A stretch of DNA of 64,000 nt from positions 64,787 through 128,786 of the forward strand of contig JAWXBR010000011.1 in the NCBI GenBank assembly GCA_034440235.1. The letters run 5' to 3'. The translations under genes were made by a program, and so were the position numbers. A model generated the notes under the pieces. It saw only the letters and a program-made list of their open reading frames with translations, did not search any database and had not been told where the DNA came from. The stretch comes from a bacterium. Lineage in GTDB: Bacteria; Bacteroidota; Ignavibacteria; Kapaibacteriales; Kapaibacteriaceae. Positions 18,534 through 28,076 of this stretch are shown piece after piece. The stretch's first letter is position 1; every line of letters begins with the position of its first letter.

Positions 18534-18552
18534 ATTTGGACTAAATCCAAAT
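18534..18552. promoter_or_regulatory. Second copy of the palindrome ATTTGGACTAAATCCAAAT, about 40 bp upstream of CDS 18593
   Basis: Identical to the feoA operator-like palindrome. Confidence 0.55.
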
Positions 18553-18592
18553 AGAGCTTAGATTCGTCGCATACTCATTCAGGATTCAAGAC

Positions 18593-19726
18593 ATGTGTAG
18601 TGAAAACCTCGTTGCTCGTCAGGCTCTTCAGATTGGCCTACTAGTTCTCGTTGTCGGCGTCTTGTCCTCGTGCTCGGAAAGCACGACCCCCAACGATACT
18701 TTTACAATTCCAGCATACTATGACACCACGTCATGGCGGGCAAATGCGCAAGACGAACTTCTATATCTCGATCAGATAGGTGATTTGCTTACGTATTTGA
18801 AGAGTGCAAGAACGCAAGGTGTGAAGCTTATTCCAGTCGAGGTTGGTTTAAAGACTCTTGCTCTGTATCGTCTTTTCACGCCCGATGGTATCAATTTAAT
18901 CGAACAGAGAACCCAGAAAACTGTCGCGGCGAGCGGAAGTACCATGGATCCTATGAAGGACCCTGCCTACAACGGTACAGGTGGCGTATTCGTAAAGTAC
19001 CTTTTCGATCAGCATGGTACAGACGTTACCGAACAGGTAGAAAAGATGCTCTTCTCCGTCGCATTGCATAGGGCTGCAATGTCGGCCTTAGATACAGCTA
19101 CACCTACCACACGCAACGTCGATCGCGCGCTTGCTCTTTTCGGAGCTACCCCCGCATTCGCAAACTCTGACAAAGCGATTAAAAATGCAGACCGCTATTG
19201 CGCCGCTTATGCTGCGCGTCGCGATAAGAATGACGGTACGGGCTTCTATACAAATATTCGTGAAGCGTTTAAGAAGGCGCGCGCTGCCGCTGTTGACGCG
19301 AAGTATGACAAAGAATATCGCGAGGCTGTGCTTGCAATTCGTACAAACTGGGAGCGTTCGCAGATGGCTACCGCCATTAACTACTGCTATGCAACTAGTA
19401 CTGCATTGAGTGCGACGAACGTCAGCGACGACGCACGAGCTTCAGGTATGCACTCGTTCGGTGAAGCACTAGGCTTTCTCCTCGGCGCGAAGGCCACCGA
19501 TGTAGCATATCGTTCAATTACTGATGTGCAGCTTGGTGAAATCCTGACGCTTGCGCGTACATACACATTCAAGTCTCCCACCTACTATGAATTCTGGCAG
19601 ATGCCTGCCACGACGCTTGGTGACCTCAACACTATCACAGAACAACTTCAAGCGATCTATGGCTTCACCGAATCAGAAATGCAAGACTTCAATCAAAACT
19701 GGGTAACAGTGCAAACCCGCCAATAG
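18593..19726 (+). CDS. Lipoprotein of unknown function. Possibly iron-regulon associated and possibly DUF4856/imelysin-neighbourhood-like.
   Basis: Lipoprotein signal (...VLSSCSE). No catalytic motifs recognised. It shares the upstream palindrome with feoA. Confidence 0.4.
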   Translation: MCSENLVARQALQIGLLVLVVGVLSSCSESTTPNDTFTIPAYYDTTSWRANAQDELLYLDQIGDLLTYLKSARTQGVKLIPVEVGLKTLALYRLFTPDGINLIEQRTQKTVAASGSTMDPMKDPAYNGTGGVFVKYLFDQHGTDVTEQVEKMLFSVALHRAAMSALDTATPTTRNVDRALALFGATPAFANSDKAIKNADRYCAAYAARRDKNDGTGFYTNIREAFKKARAAAVDAKYDKEYREAVLAIRTNWERSQMATAINYCYATSTALSATNVSDDARASGMHSFGEALGFLLGAKATDVAYRSITDVQLGEILTLARTYTFKSPTYYEFWQMPATTLGDLNTITEQLQAIYGFTESEMQDFNQNWVTVQTRQ

Positions 19727-19750
19727 GGCAATCAAGAGCAGTTTTCCTTC

Positions 19751-21130
19751 CTAAAGCAAGATGCCTTTTAACAGCAGCGTCGCAATCGAGAAGTAGATCA
19801 CAATGCCCGTAACGTCGGCAAATGTTGCTACGAACGGCGCTGACGATGCGGCGGGGTCGAAGCCGAGGCGCTTCATGATGAGCGGCAGCATCGAGCCGGC
19901 AATTGTACCCGAGACGACAATGCCGATGAGTGAGATACCCACAACAGTCGAGATAACAGGTGTGATGATGGGATCGTAATCGCCGCTGATAATATCGCCG
20001 AAAAACAGACGACAAAAACCTAAGACGCCGAGCAGCGTGCCGAGACATAAGCCAACGGTTATTTCACGTTGCATAATGCGCCACCAATCGGCGAGGCCAA
20101 CTTCGCCGAGGGCGAGGGCACGGACGATGAGCGTCGCCGCTTGTGAACCAGAGTTTCCGCCACTCGAAATGATGAGCGGGAGAAACAATGCCAGCACTAC
20201 GGCGCGGTCTATCGTGCTTTGGAAGTACGACATCGCATTGGCCGTTAGGAATCCTCCAACAAACAGCACAACAAGCCAGGTTGCTCGCTTGCGAACGAGC
20301 TCGAACAGGGGGACAGAGATGTATGGCTCGTCTAGCGCCTGAACGCCCCCGAACTTCTGCATTTCTTCTGTGGCTTGTTCATCGGCGATGTCAAGAACAT
20401 CGTCAACTGTTATAATACCAAGAAGTTTACGGTCTTTATCAACGACGGGTAATGCGTAGCGGTCGAGCTGACGGAACAGCTCGACCGCTTTTTCTTGCGG
20501 ATCGGTTACAAGGAGTGCTTCGGCCTTGTAATCCATGAGGTCTTCGATTTTCGATTCGGGAGATGCTAGCAGGATTTCACGTATGTGAATTTCATCGACG
20601 AGTGTACCATGCTCCGTAACGTATAACACATTGAGCGTTTCCGAATTCTTTCCGAATGCACGAATATGATCGAGTGCATGCTGTATTGTCCAATGCGCTT
20701 TCACAATCACGTAGTCGGGCGTCATAATCCGACCGACAGAGTCCTCGGGATAATTCAACAGCGACAACGCAATTGCACGCTCTTCGGCCGACAAGTGGTT
20801 GATAAGCTCTTGCACAACGTTGGCTGGCAGGTCTTCGAAGAGTTGCGTTCTATCGTCCGCGGACATTTCGTTCAGGATAGACGCCACCTGTTCACGCGCC
20901 ATGTCGTGCAACAAGTCTTCCTGCGTTTCGAGTTCACAATACGCAAACGTTTCAGCGGCGAGGTCTTTATGCAGCAGCCGAAAAATAATGACGCGACTTT
21001 CTGCAGATAAATCGGCAACCAGTAGCGCTAAATCAATTGGCGACCAGTCCTCAAACACCTCGCGGATTGTAGCGAAATCTCTCGCTGCAATCAGCTCTTC
21101 TATCTCAGGTGCTATGAGGGTTGCGTACAT
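19751..21130 (-). CDS. mgtE: Magnesium transporter MgtE
   Basis: MgtE N-domain, tandem CBS domains, and a C-terminal MgtE membrane domain with conserved acidic residues. 459 aa. Confidence 0.85.
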   Translation of the reverse strand: MYATLIAPEIEELIAARDFATIREVFEDWSPIDLALLVADLSAESRVIIFRLLHKDLAAETFAYCELETQEDLLHDMAREQVASILNEMSADDRTQLFEDLPANVVQELINHLSAEERAIALSLLNYPEDSVGRIMTPDYVIVKAHWTIQHALDHIRAFGKNSETLNVLYVTEHGTLVDEIHIREILLASPESKIEDLMDYKAEALLVTDPQEKAVELFRQLDRYALPVVDKDRKLLGIITVDDVLDIADEQATEEMQKFGGVQALDEPYISVPLFELVRKRATWLVVLFVGGFLTANAMSYFQSTIDRAVVLALFLPLIISSGGNSGSQAATLIVRALALGEVGLADWWRIMQREITVGLCLGTLLGVLGFCRLFFGDIISGDYDPIITPVISTVVGISLIGIVVSGTIAGSMLPLIMKRLGFDPAASSAPFVATFADVTGIVIYFSIATLLLKGILL

Positions 21131-21152
21131 CCTCGCAAAGGTACGCGTCCGA

Positions 21153-21250
21153 TGCTATTTGTCGGACTATGCTATTCGTACAGCTCGGCGATTCGTAGCA
21201 CTTGGCTATTCGTCGGCCACAGCTATTCGTCGGCCACAGCTATTCGTATC
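21153..21250. repeat. Direct-repeat cluster of GCTATTCGT-type units, including two perfect tandem copies of GCTATTCGTCGGCCACA
   Basis: Seen in the sequence. It lies intergenic between the permease stop (21240) and the mgtE start, overlapping the permease stop codon. Confidence 0.8.
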
Positions 21251-22487
21251 GGAGTGCTTCGATCGGGTCGAGCGAGGCGGCCTTGTATGCAGGGTAGATG
21301 CCTGAGACGAGGCCTATGACGGTGCATGAAAGCATGCTGAAGACAATGGCGAACCACGGTAGGTCGTAGGGGAGCGATTGAACGCCCGAAGATTTGATGA
21401 CGAACGTAATGATAAGGGTTGCAATGCAGCCAAGAATTACGCCAGCTATGGCGCCGAACTGACCTATTGCAATTCCTTCGATGAGGAATTGCTGTAGAAT
21501 CCATGAGCGGCGTGCACCTAACGCCTTACGGACACCAATCTCGCGCGTTCGCTCTTTTACGCTAACGAGCATCATGTTCATAATGCCAATGCCTGCAACA
21601 AGCAGAGCAATGAGTCCACTCAACCAAGCAAGCGCAGCGATGGCCATCGTAAGATTTCCGAATTGCGCAGAGAGCGCCTCGTTGGTGTCGAGCTCGAAGT
21701 TGTTCTCTTCCCACGGCTTTGCATTACGTAGCATTCGCATGATGCCTATTGCTTCGTCGACTGTGGCAGGTAGGGCATCGCGACTAAATGCTTTTACACT
21801 TACATCTACACTTACGTCCCACCACATGGTGTAGTATTTCACAAAGACGCTGATGGGAATAAGCACGCGGTTGTCCTGACTCTGTCCGAGTAGCCCACCC
21901 TTTTTTTCGAGCACACCAACAACGGTGAATTGCTGATTCTTAATGGTAAGGGTCTTGCCCAAGGGGTCTACGTTCGGAAATAGTTTTACAACGATGTCAT
22001 TTCCGATGATGGCACCGCTGCCGTTCAAAAGCACGTCCTGTTCAGTGAACGGACGTCCCGAGGAAATACCAACGGCGTTCACCGTGAAGTACAATTCGTC
22101 GACACCAATAAGCGACACGTCGGGGTCAGTCGATTGCTCGCCAGCTTTAATGATGAGTCCCGGTGAAGTATTACTAATCGAAATCAGATTCGTGAGTGTC
22201 ATCTTATCACGGAACTCAAGCGACTGTGGATAGGAGATTGGTTTGCGCTTGGCATACTTGCGCCAATTATGTCCGAAGTCTATCGATGGTGTTCGCTGAA
22301 TCAAGAACGAGTGTTCACCAAGGTCTGCTAATTGTGAGCCGAGCGCAGTGTTCAAGACACCAGTAATGCCACTCGATGCAACGATTGCAAACACACCAAT
22401 CGAAACACTTAGCAGTGTGAACACGCTGCGCAGTTTGTGAGCACGCACGGAGTCCCAGGCCATGGTTATCGACTCTGCAATGTTCAT
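21240..22487 (-). CDS. ABC transporter permease, FtsX-like/MacB-type (permease 2)
   Basis: An N-terminal TM helix, a large periplasmic MacB_PCD-like domain, and a C-terminal FtsX 3-TM bundle (...GIAIGQFGAIAG...). Confidence 0.8.
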   Translation of the reverse strand: MNIAESITMAWDSVRAHKLRSVFTLLSVSIGVFAIVASSGITGVLNTALGSQLADLGEHSFLIQRTPSIDFGHNWRKYAKRKPISYPQSLEFRDKMTLTNLISISNTSPGLIIKAGEQSTDPDVSLIGVDELYFTVNAVGISSGRPFTEQDVLLNGSGAIIGNDIVVKLFPNVDPLGKTLTIKNQQFTVVGVLEKKGGLLGQSQDNRVLIPISVFVKYYTMWWDVSVDVSVKAFSRDALPATVDEAIGIMRMLRNAKPWEENNFELDTNEALSAQFGNLTMAIAALAWLSGLIALLVAGIGIMNMMLVSVKERTREIGVRKALGARRSWILQQFLIEGIAIGQFGAIAGVILGCIATLIITFVIKSSGVQSLPYDLPWFAIVFSMLSCTVIGLVSGIYPAYKAASLDPIEALRYE

Positions 22488-23713
22488 TCGGCCCTCAGTG
22501 CTTCTACAGGATCGAGATTCGATGCGCGTATCGCTGGGATGAGTCCGGCCATGAGCCCAACAACCGTTGCAATGGCAATAGCTAGCATAAGAAGATCTAC
22601 CGGAATGAGAGCACTTACAACTGCCAGAACATCAGCGGGCAACATACTACCCGCAACGATATGAAGAATCCATGTCACGAATTGAGAGACAGGTAATGCG
22701 AGCACGGCGGCGGTAACACAAAGCAAGGTCGATTCCATCAGAAATTGCAGACGGATGGAGCCGCGTTTGGCGCCGATGGCCTTACGGACACCAATTTCTT
22801 TGGTACGTTCAGATACGCTAACAAACATGATGTTCGTAAGGTTAATAGAACCTACAATGAACGCAAGCACGGTAAGGCCGAGACCTGCGGCCCAGATCCA
22901 GAAGCGAATTTTTTTCACTTCGTCGTCAAACGCTTTCATCTCGTTTATCGAAAAATCGTTCTCTTTATGTGGAGGTACATTGCGAATGCCACGCATCACA
23001 CCAATTGCTTCTTCTCTCACAATATTCATCATGCGTTCGTTGCCCGCCTTGATGGCAACAGAGAAACTTCGATTGTTAAAACCATAGGCGCTACGAAAGG
23101 CGTAGAGCGGAATGTACACTTGGTTGTCAACAAAGTCCATGAACAACACGCCACGTTTTTCTACAACACCAATCACACGAAATGGTATTCCCTGAATCTT
23201 GAGATTCTTACCGACTGCCGTTTCGGTCGGAAACAACGCTTTCTTGATACCGTGACCAATTACAATAACGTTTGCGGCCTGCTGCTCTTCTATTGGCGTG
23301 AAAAACCTTCCATCCTCTGTTATACCAGCAGGCGTCATTCCGTACGTAGCAGCCGTTCCCATAACTGCAGTTCGCAAAACCTTGTTGCCATAACTAACCG
23401 AACCGCCCCACTTACGTGCAAGGGGAATGACGTATTCGGGAGATTCCATTCTGTAGCGCAGAGACTCGACCTGCTCTAACGAAAGGTCTTTGCGCGCCTC
23501 GGTCTTTCGCCAGTTGCCGCCGCCTGCCCAGTCCCATTTATCGACATACATCATGTCCTTGCCGATAATCGAAATGGTCTGTTCCCAGATGGCATCGAGC
23601 CCCTTAATGGCCCAACCCATTGTAACGACTGCAACAACACCAACAATCATGCTGCCCGTAGTAAGTATAGAACGCAGCATGTTCGATCGCACAGATTCGA
23701 AGGCGAAGCGCAA
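22484..23713 (-). CDS. ABC transporter permease, FtsX-like/MacB-type (permease 1)
   Basis: Same architecture as 21240-22487. Stop and start codons overlap. Confidence 0.8.
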   Translation of the reverse strand: MRFAFESVRSNMLRSILTTGSMIVGVVAVVTMGWAIKGLDAIWEQTISIIGKDMMYVDKWDWAGGGNWRKTEARKDLSLEQVESLRYRMESPEYVIPLARKWGGSVSYGNKVLRTAVMGTAATYGMTPAGITEDGRFFTPIEEQQAANVIVIGHGIKKALFPTETAVGKNLKIQGIPFRVIGVVEKRGVLFMDFVDNQVYIPLYAFRSAYGFNNRSFSVAIKAGNERMMNIVREEAIGVMRGIRNVPPHKENDFSINEMKAFDDEVKKIRFWIWAAGLGLTVLAFIVGSINLTNIMFVSVSERTKEIGVRKAIGAKRGSIRLQFLMESTLLCVTAAVLALPVSQFVTWILHIVAGSMLPADVLAVVSALIPVDLLMLAIAIATVVGLMAGLIPAIRASNLDPVEALRAE

Positions 23714-23736
23714 CGACTCTATGATAGACGTGCGGT

Positions 23737-24486
23737 TCAGGGTACAAGACCGGATTGGTCGCTTGGTGCTAAGCGCAAGAGGTCGGTTGGTACGAGACCC
23801 GCGTGTTCGTTTGGTGTATCGCTTTCGATGAGTCCGTCACGCAATCGGATAATGCGATGGGTGTGTCGGGCGACGTCTTCTTCGTGTGTAACGATGATGA
23901 CGGTATTGCCGCTCTGCCACAACTCGCGAAAGAGTTGCATGATCTCTTGTCCCGTCTTCGAGTCGAGATTTCCCGTTGGCTCATCTGCAAGAATAATCGA
24001 TGGCTTCGTTACCAATGCGCGGGCGATGGCAACGCGCTGACGTTGTCCGCCAGAAAGTTCGTTCGGCTTATGTGTAACTCTATCTGCAAGCCCAACACTG
24101 CGCAACGCCTCTTGTGCACGCTCCTTGCGTACAGAGCTGCTTACGCCTGCGTACACGAGCGGAAGCTCGACATTTTTTAGCGCCGTTGCTCGCGGTAGAA
24201 GATTAAACGTCTGAAATACAAAACCGATTTCCTTGTTACGGATTTCAGCCAGGTCGTCGTCCTTCATCTCGCTTACATTGTTGCCACTAAAAAAATACTC
24301 GCCGCTTGTGGGTGTATCGAGGCAGCCGATCATGTTCATGAGGGTTGATTTTCCGGAACCGGACGGACCCATCAAGGCGACGTATTCATTTTGACCGATG
24401 GTGAGAGAAACGTTGCGCAATGCATGCACGGTTTCCTCGCCCATTACATAGGTCTTCGCAAGATTGCGGATGTCAATAATCGTCAC
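23737..24486 (-). CDS. ABC transporter ATP-binding protein (MacB/LolD-type ATPase)
   Basis: Walker A ([12 protein letters not shown]), the ABC signature ([15 protein letters not shown]) and Walker B ([12 protein letters not shown]) are all present. Confidence 0.9.
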   Translation of the reverse strand: MTIIDIRNLAKTYVMGEETVHALRNVSLTIGQNEYVALMGPSGSGKSTLMNMIGCLDTPTSGEYFFSGNNVSEMKDDDLAEIRNKEIGFVFQTFNLLPRATALKNVELPLVYAGVSSSVRKERAQEALRSVGLADRVTHKPNELSGGQRQRVAIARALVTKPSIILADEPTGNLDSKTGQEIMQLFRELWQSGNTVIIVTHEEDVARHTHRIIRLRDGLIESDTPNEHAGLVPTDLLRLAPSDQSGLVP

Positions 24487-25793
24487 GGTGTTGCCCGCAT
24501 CTTGTTAAATCGGTCGCGACGATTCTTTTGGTCTTCGATACGTATGACAGAACCGTTCTGAAGGCTCTTGCTTACAGCATTAAACGGAGCCGTAACAATA
24601 GACTCGCCCCCTTTTAGCCCCTTAACAATTTCTATGTAGCCTTGGTCGCTTATGCCTGTTTCTACGGTGCGCGACTGAACCTTCGTGCCGTTTACAATCC
24701 ACACAATCGACGGTGGCCGTTTGCTCTCTTCATCCTTGCGTTGCTCGGCCTTGCGACGGTCTTTTGGTTCCGATTCCGATGGGTTGAGGGTCTCGGTTTG
24801 CATAACATCCTGACGTACCGTTACTGCTTGAATAGGAACAGAAAGCACATCTGATTTTGTTTCGGTTTCGATGTCTACGTCGCAGGACATACCCGGACGC
24901 ATGCGAAAGTCTTTGTCGATCATGCGAATGCGAACCTGAAAGTTCACGACTTCTTCTTGCGAGCCTTGTCCACTTATCCGGGGCGAATGACTCACTTCGT
25001 AAACTATTCCACGAAATGATTTATCGCGCAATGCATCGATATGAATGCGTGCTGTATCGCCAACCTGTATAACAGCGACATCGTTTTCGTCGACGTCAAC
25101 CCATGCATTCATGGTATTCAGATCGGAGATGCGCAAGAGTTCGGTGCCTTGCATCTGTGCTGTTCCAACAACTTTCTCACCGCTTTCGACAGCGAGGTAT
25201 GTAACAACGCCACTAATCGGAGAAAAAATTGTCGAGCGACTTGCCTGTTGTTGCGACTGCTGCAGACCACCAATCGATCGTTGATAGTCGGCCTGTGCTT
25301 GAGCCTGACGTGATACTGCTGTTAAGTAGGCTGCGTTTGCTCGATCGTACTCTTCGCGTGTGGCAAAGTCTTTCTTCACGAGTTCATTCACGCGCGATAA
25401 GTCGGCCTTTGTCCTATCAACTTCAGCTCTGTACATAGTAATGGCCTGACGTGCCGATTCTGCGGCGCTGCGAGACTGTCCGACCTGCGATTCGAGCAGG
25501 TCTGGCTGTATACGCACCAGTAGCTGTCCCTTGCGCACTGTATCGCCGTCACGCACACCTAAATGAATGATTTCGCCCGAGGCTTCAGAGGAAACTTTCA
25601 CCATGAATTCTGGCTGAAGCTTGCCTATGGCGCTTACGGTCTGCGTAATCGTGCGGCGTTCGACGTTGTCTACGCTCACGAGTAACGGACCTTCCTTGCT
25701 GAGCATGACAAACCATGCAACTGCCGACACAACAAGTGCGGCAACAACAAGCAATACGATAATGAGTACGCGTCTAGATTTTTTCTTTGCCAT
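24483..25793 (-). CDS. Periplasmic adaptor subunit of the ABC efflux system (HlyD/MacA family)
   Basis: An N-terminal TM anchor, a coiled-coil hairpin and a beta-barrel/MP domain typical of the membrane fusion protein family. Confidence 0.8.
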   Translation of the reverse strand: MAKKKSRRVLIIVLLVVAALVVSAVAWFVMLSKEGPLLVSVDNVERRTITQTVSAIGKLQPEFMVKVSSEASGEIIHLGVRDGDTVRKGQLLVRIQPDLLESQVGQSRSAAESARQAITMYRAEVDRTKADLSRVNELVKKDFATREEYDRANAAYLTAVSRQAQAQADYQRSIGGLQQSQQQASRSTIFSPISGVVTYLAVESGEKVVGTAQMQGTELLRISDLNTMNAWVDVDENDVAVIQVGDTARIHIDALRDKSFRGIVYEVSHSPRISGQGSQEEVVNFQVRIRMIDKDFRMRPGMSCDVDIETETKSDVLSVPIQAVTVRQDVMQTETLNPSESEPKDRRKAEQRKDEESKRPPSIVWIVNGTKVQSRTVETGISDQGYIEIVKGLKGGESIVTAPFNAVSKSLQNGSVIRIEDQKNRRDRFNKMRATP

Positions 25794-25797
25794 GATT

Positions 25798-27150
25798 TCA
25801 GAGCTCCGTTAACGTTCCGAGAGTTGCGTCTACAACAGTGCGGGCTTCGAGGTACGTATAGATTGCAGTTACGCGATTAATGCGCGCCGTTACGAGTTGG
25901 TTGTTAGCTGCTTGAACGTCGAGTAGTGTTGCACTGCCCACATTAAATCGTTCTTGCGTGGCTTCAGCGTTTATCTGTGCAGTCTTTAGCGCATACTGCG
26001 CGATTTCGGTTCCACGTTCAGCGTACTCGAGCTGCACGTATGCGGTGCGCATGTCACGACGCAGTTGCTGCTTCAGTCGCTCTACGTCGACGAGTGCTTG
26101 CGTGCGATTAAGGATTTGATTTTCGATTGCAAGGTTTGTGCGAAACTGATCGAACAAGGGAATGTTGAGGTTCAGGCCAGCATAAATGCGGCCTCGTGTA
26201 TCGAAATCGCGTACCTCGACATTATTCCATGCGTATGCGACCGTGCCAGACAGTCTTGGATAGTAGGCACTACGTGCAGCACGTATAGACGCTTCTGTAG
26301 ATTTCACGCGCAAATCGGCTGAGCGTAGGTCAGGCCTTACGTCGAATGCGCGCACGAGTGCTTGTTCTTCTGTGCCGATGCGTTGACGATAAAGGTCGAT
26401 TTCTGCTGTCGTCACCGATGATGCAACAGAACTCTCTGCAAACTCAGCATCGATGCTTGCATCTTCGCCGATGGTTGATAGCAGTTGCGACTTCGTGCGA
26501 ACAACATCCATTTGCGCCTGCAGAATGCTCACCTCCATGTTCGCAAGCTCTGTCTCTTGCGAATACTTCGCTGTAATTGGTGAACGTCCTGCATCGTACT
26601 GTGCGACAACGCGTGCGAGTGTTGCCTTCGATAGATCCGCAGCTTCACGTCGTGTTTTCACAATCTGTTGCGCCTGGAGCACGGCGAAGTATTGCCTCGA
26701 TACAGTCGAGACCACGTTCAAGCGTGCTGTGCGTAGATCGCGATCGGAGACGTCGACACCAAGACGCGCTTCGTCGTAATTGGCTTCTCGGCGAAAACCA
26801 TCGAACAGAAGCCAATTAATTCCGGCGGACAACTGATACGAGTTTGGCTGGGGCTCACCTTCGATGAGCGTTCCGTTCACAAACACAAACTGCGACTGAA
26901 GATTTGTGAGCTGGCGTTGATACCCAGCGTTAATCTCCGCCGAAGGCAGGTAGCTGCCAAAGGCTGCTGTGAGGCCTGCAGCCGAGGCCCGAGCTCGCGC
27001 ATTGGCAAGGCGAACATCGAGATTTTTCTCTAGTGCAATTCTAATGCACTCTTCTAACGTGTACAGCGTAACGGGTCCGCGTTTTTGCGCAACCATAGGC
27101 ATACACAGCACAACAAGTAAAACGAGGGGTAGGTAACGTCGCATGATCAT
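25798..27150 (-). CDS. TolC-family outer membrane efflux protein
   Basis: Signal peptide plus the duplicated OEP helix/strand repeat architecture. 450 aa. Confidence 0.8.
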   Translation of the reverse strand: MIMRRYLPLVLLVVLCMPMVAQKRGPVTLYTLEECIRIALEKNLDVRLANARARASAAGLTAAFGSYLPSAEINAGYQRQLTNLQSQFVFVNGTLIEGEPQPNSYQLSAGINWLLFDGFRREANYDEARLGVDVSDRDLRTARLNVVSTVSRQYFAVLQAQQIVKTRREAADLSKATLARVVAQYDAGRSPITAKYSQETELANMEVSILQAQMDVVRTKSQLLSTIGEDASIDAEFAESSVASSVTTAEIDLYRQRIGTEEQALVRAFDVRPDLRSADLRVKSTEASIRAARSAYYPRLSGTVAYAWNNVEVRDFDTRGRIYAGLNLNIPLFDQFRTNLAIENQILNRTQALVDVERLKQQLRRDMRTAYVQLEYAERGTEIAQYALKTAQINAEATQERFNVGSATLLDVQAANNQLVTARINRVTAIYTYLEARTVVDATLGTLTEL

Positions 27151-27158
27151 CCGAAAAA

Positions 27159-28076
27159 CTAGTTGTGTCGGCGAGCTAACAGGAAACGACGTGCTGGATT
27201 CGCCGATCGCAATTCAAGCAATTGCGCATCAACTGCTGTCTTTTGGGTCGCATCACGTTTGATCCCATTCTTAGTTTCAATTTCCAACTTGTTTTCTGTT
27301 GTTGCAAAAACATGGTACGGCACGCTCACCAGATCGTCGAACGAAAGCTTACCGTAGGCGTTGATTGTTGCATACGTCACCATGGACATCCCATCCGTAG
27401 CCACCTTGTGGCTGCCCCTTGCCGTCATCGAATACTGTAACTGACGAAATGCACGTCCGACGGTGTCCACCTTATCGAGTACTCTCCAGAGAGTGAGGTG
27501 ACCAATGACGGCTGGCGGTATGCCGTTTTCTGTCAGTTCAACCGTGTCTTCGGCTATCCAGCTCTGATTCTGTCGCCCGCAAGACTCTCCTAAAGGGGGC
27601 AGAAGAAAGGGGCTGAACGGACCTCCTGGGTGTATGGCAATGACATCTGGGAGTGTTACAGCTGCGTATGAGCGCTTGCCCACAGTGTCCATTACAAACG
27701 TCACCACACGGTCGACCCAAGGATGTGTTGGCCGCTCGACCGTTGTATCAACGGTGCCCTGACGTTCAACCGACGACGTCATAATCTGACGAAGCCAGAA
27801 TGTCGAAGTCGTTGCACTATCGCATATCACAAGTACTCTCGACTTACGAAGTTTGAGAATACGTCCCTGACCCTGCACCCATAAACTGTCGCGCGCATCG
27901 ATATCATAAACAAGTGTATCACCTGTTTCGAACTTATAGGCAAAACACAAGGTGTCCTTCCCGAGTGGGGCAGGTTGATAACCTTCTTGAAGTTGAATCT
28001 GTGCACTAACAGGTACACAGAGGAGCAGAGCCATCCAGAGTACTGCGGTGCGTGCAATAGCCTGAGGCTGAGTCAT
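27159..28076 (-). CDS. Secreted protein of unknown function (305 aa) inside the efflux operon
   Basis: Signal peptide (...LLLCVPVSAQ). No recognisable family. It overlaps the upstream ORF by 1 nt. Confidence 0.5.
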   Translation of the reverse strand: MTQPQAIARTAVLWMALLLCVPVSAQIQLQEGYQPAPLGKDTLCFAYKFETGDTLVYDIDARDSLWVQGQGRILKLRKSRVLVICDSATTSTFWLRQIMTSSVERQGTVDTTVERPTHPWVDRVVTFVMDTVGKRSYAAVTLPDVIAIHPGGPFSPFLLPPLGESCGRQNQSWIAEDTVELTENGIPPAVIGHLTLWRVLDKVDTVGRAFRQLQYSMTARGSHKVATDGMSMVTYATINAYGKLSFDDLVSVPYHVFATTENKLEIETKNGIKRDATQKTAVDAQLLELRSANPARRFLLARRHN

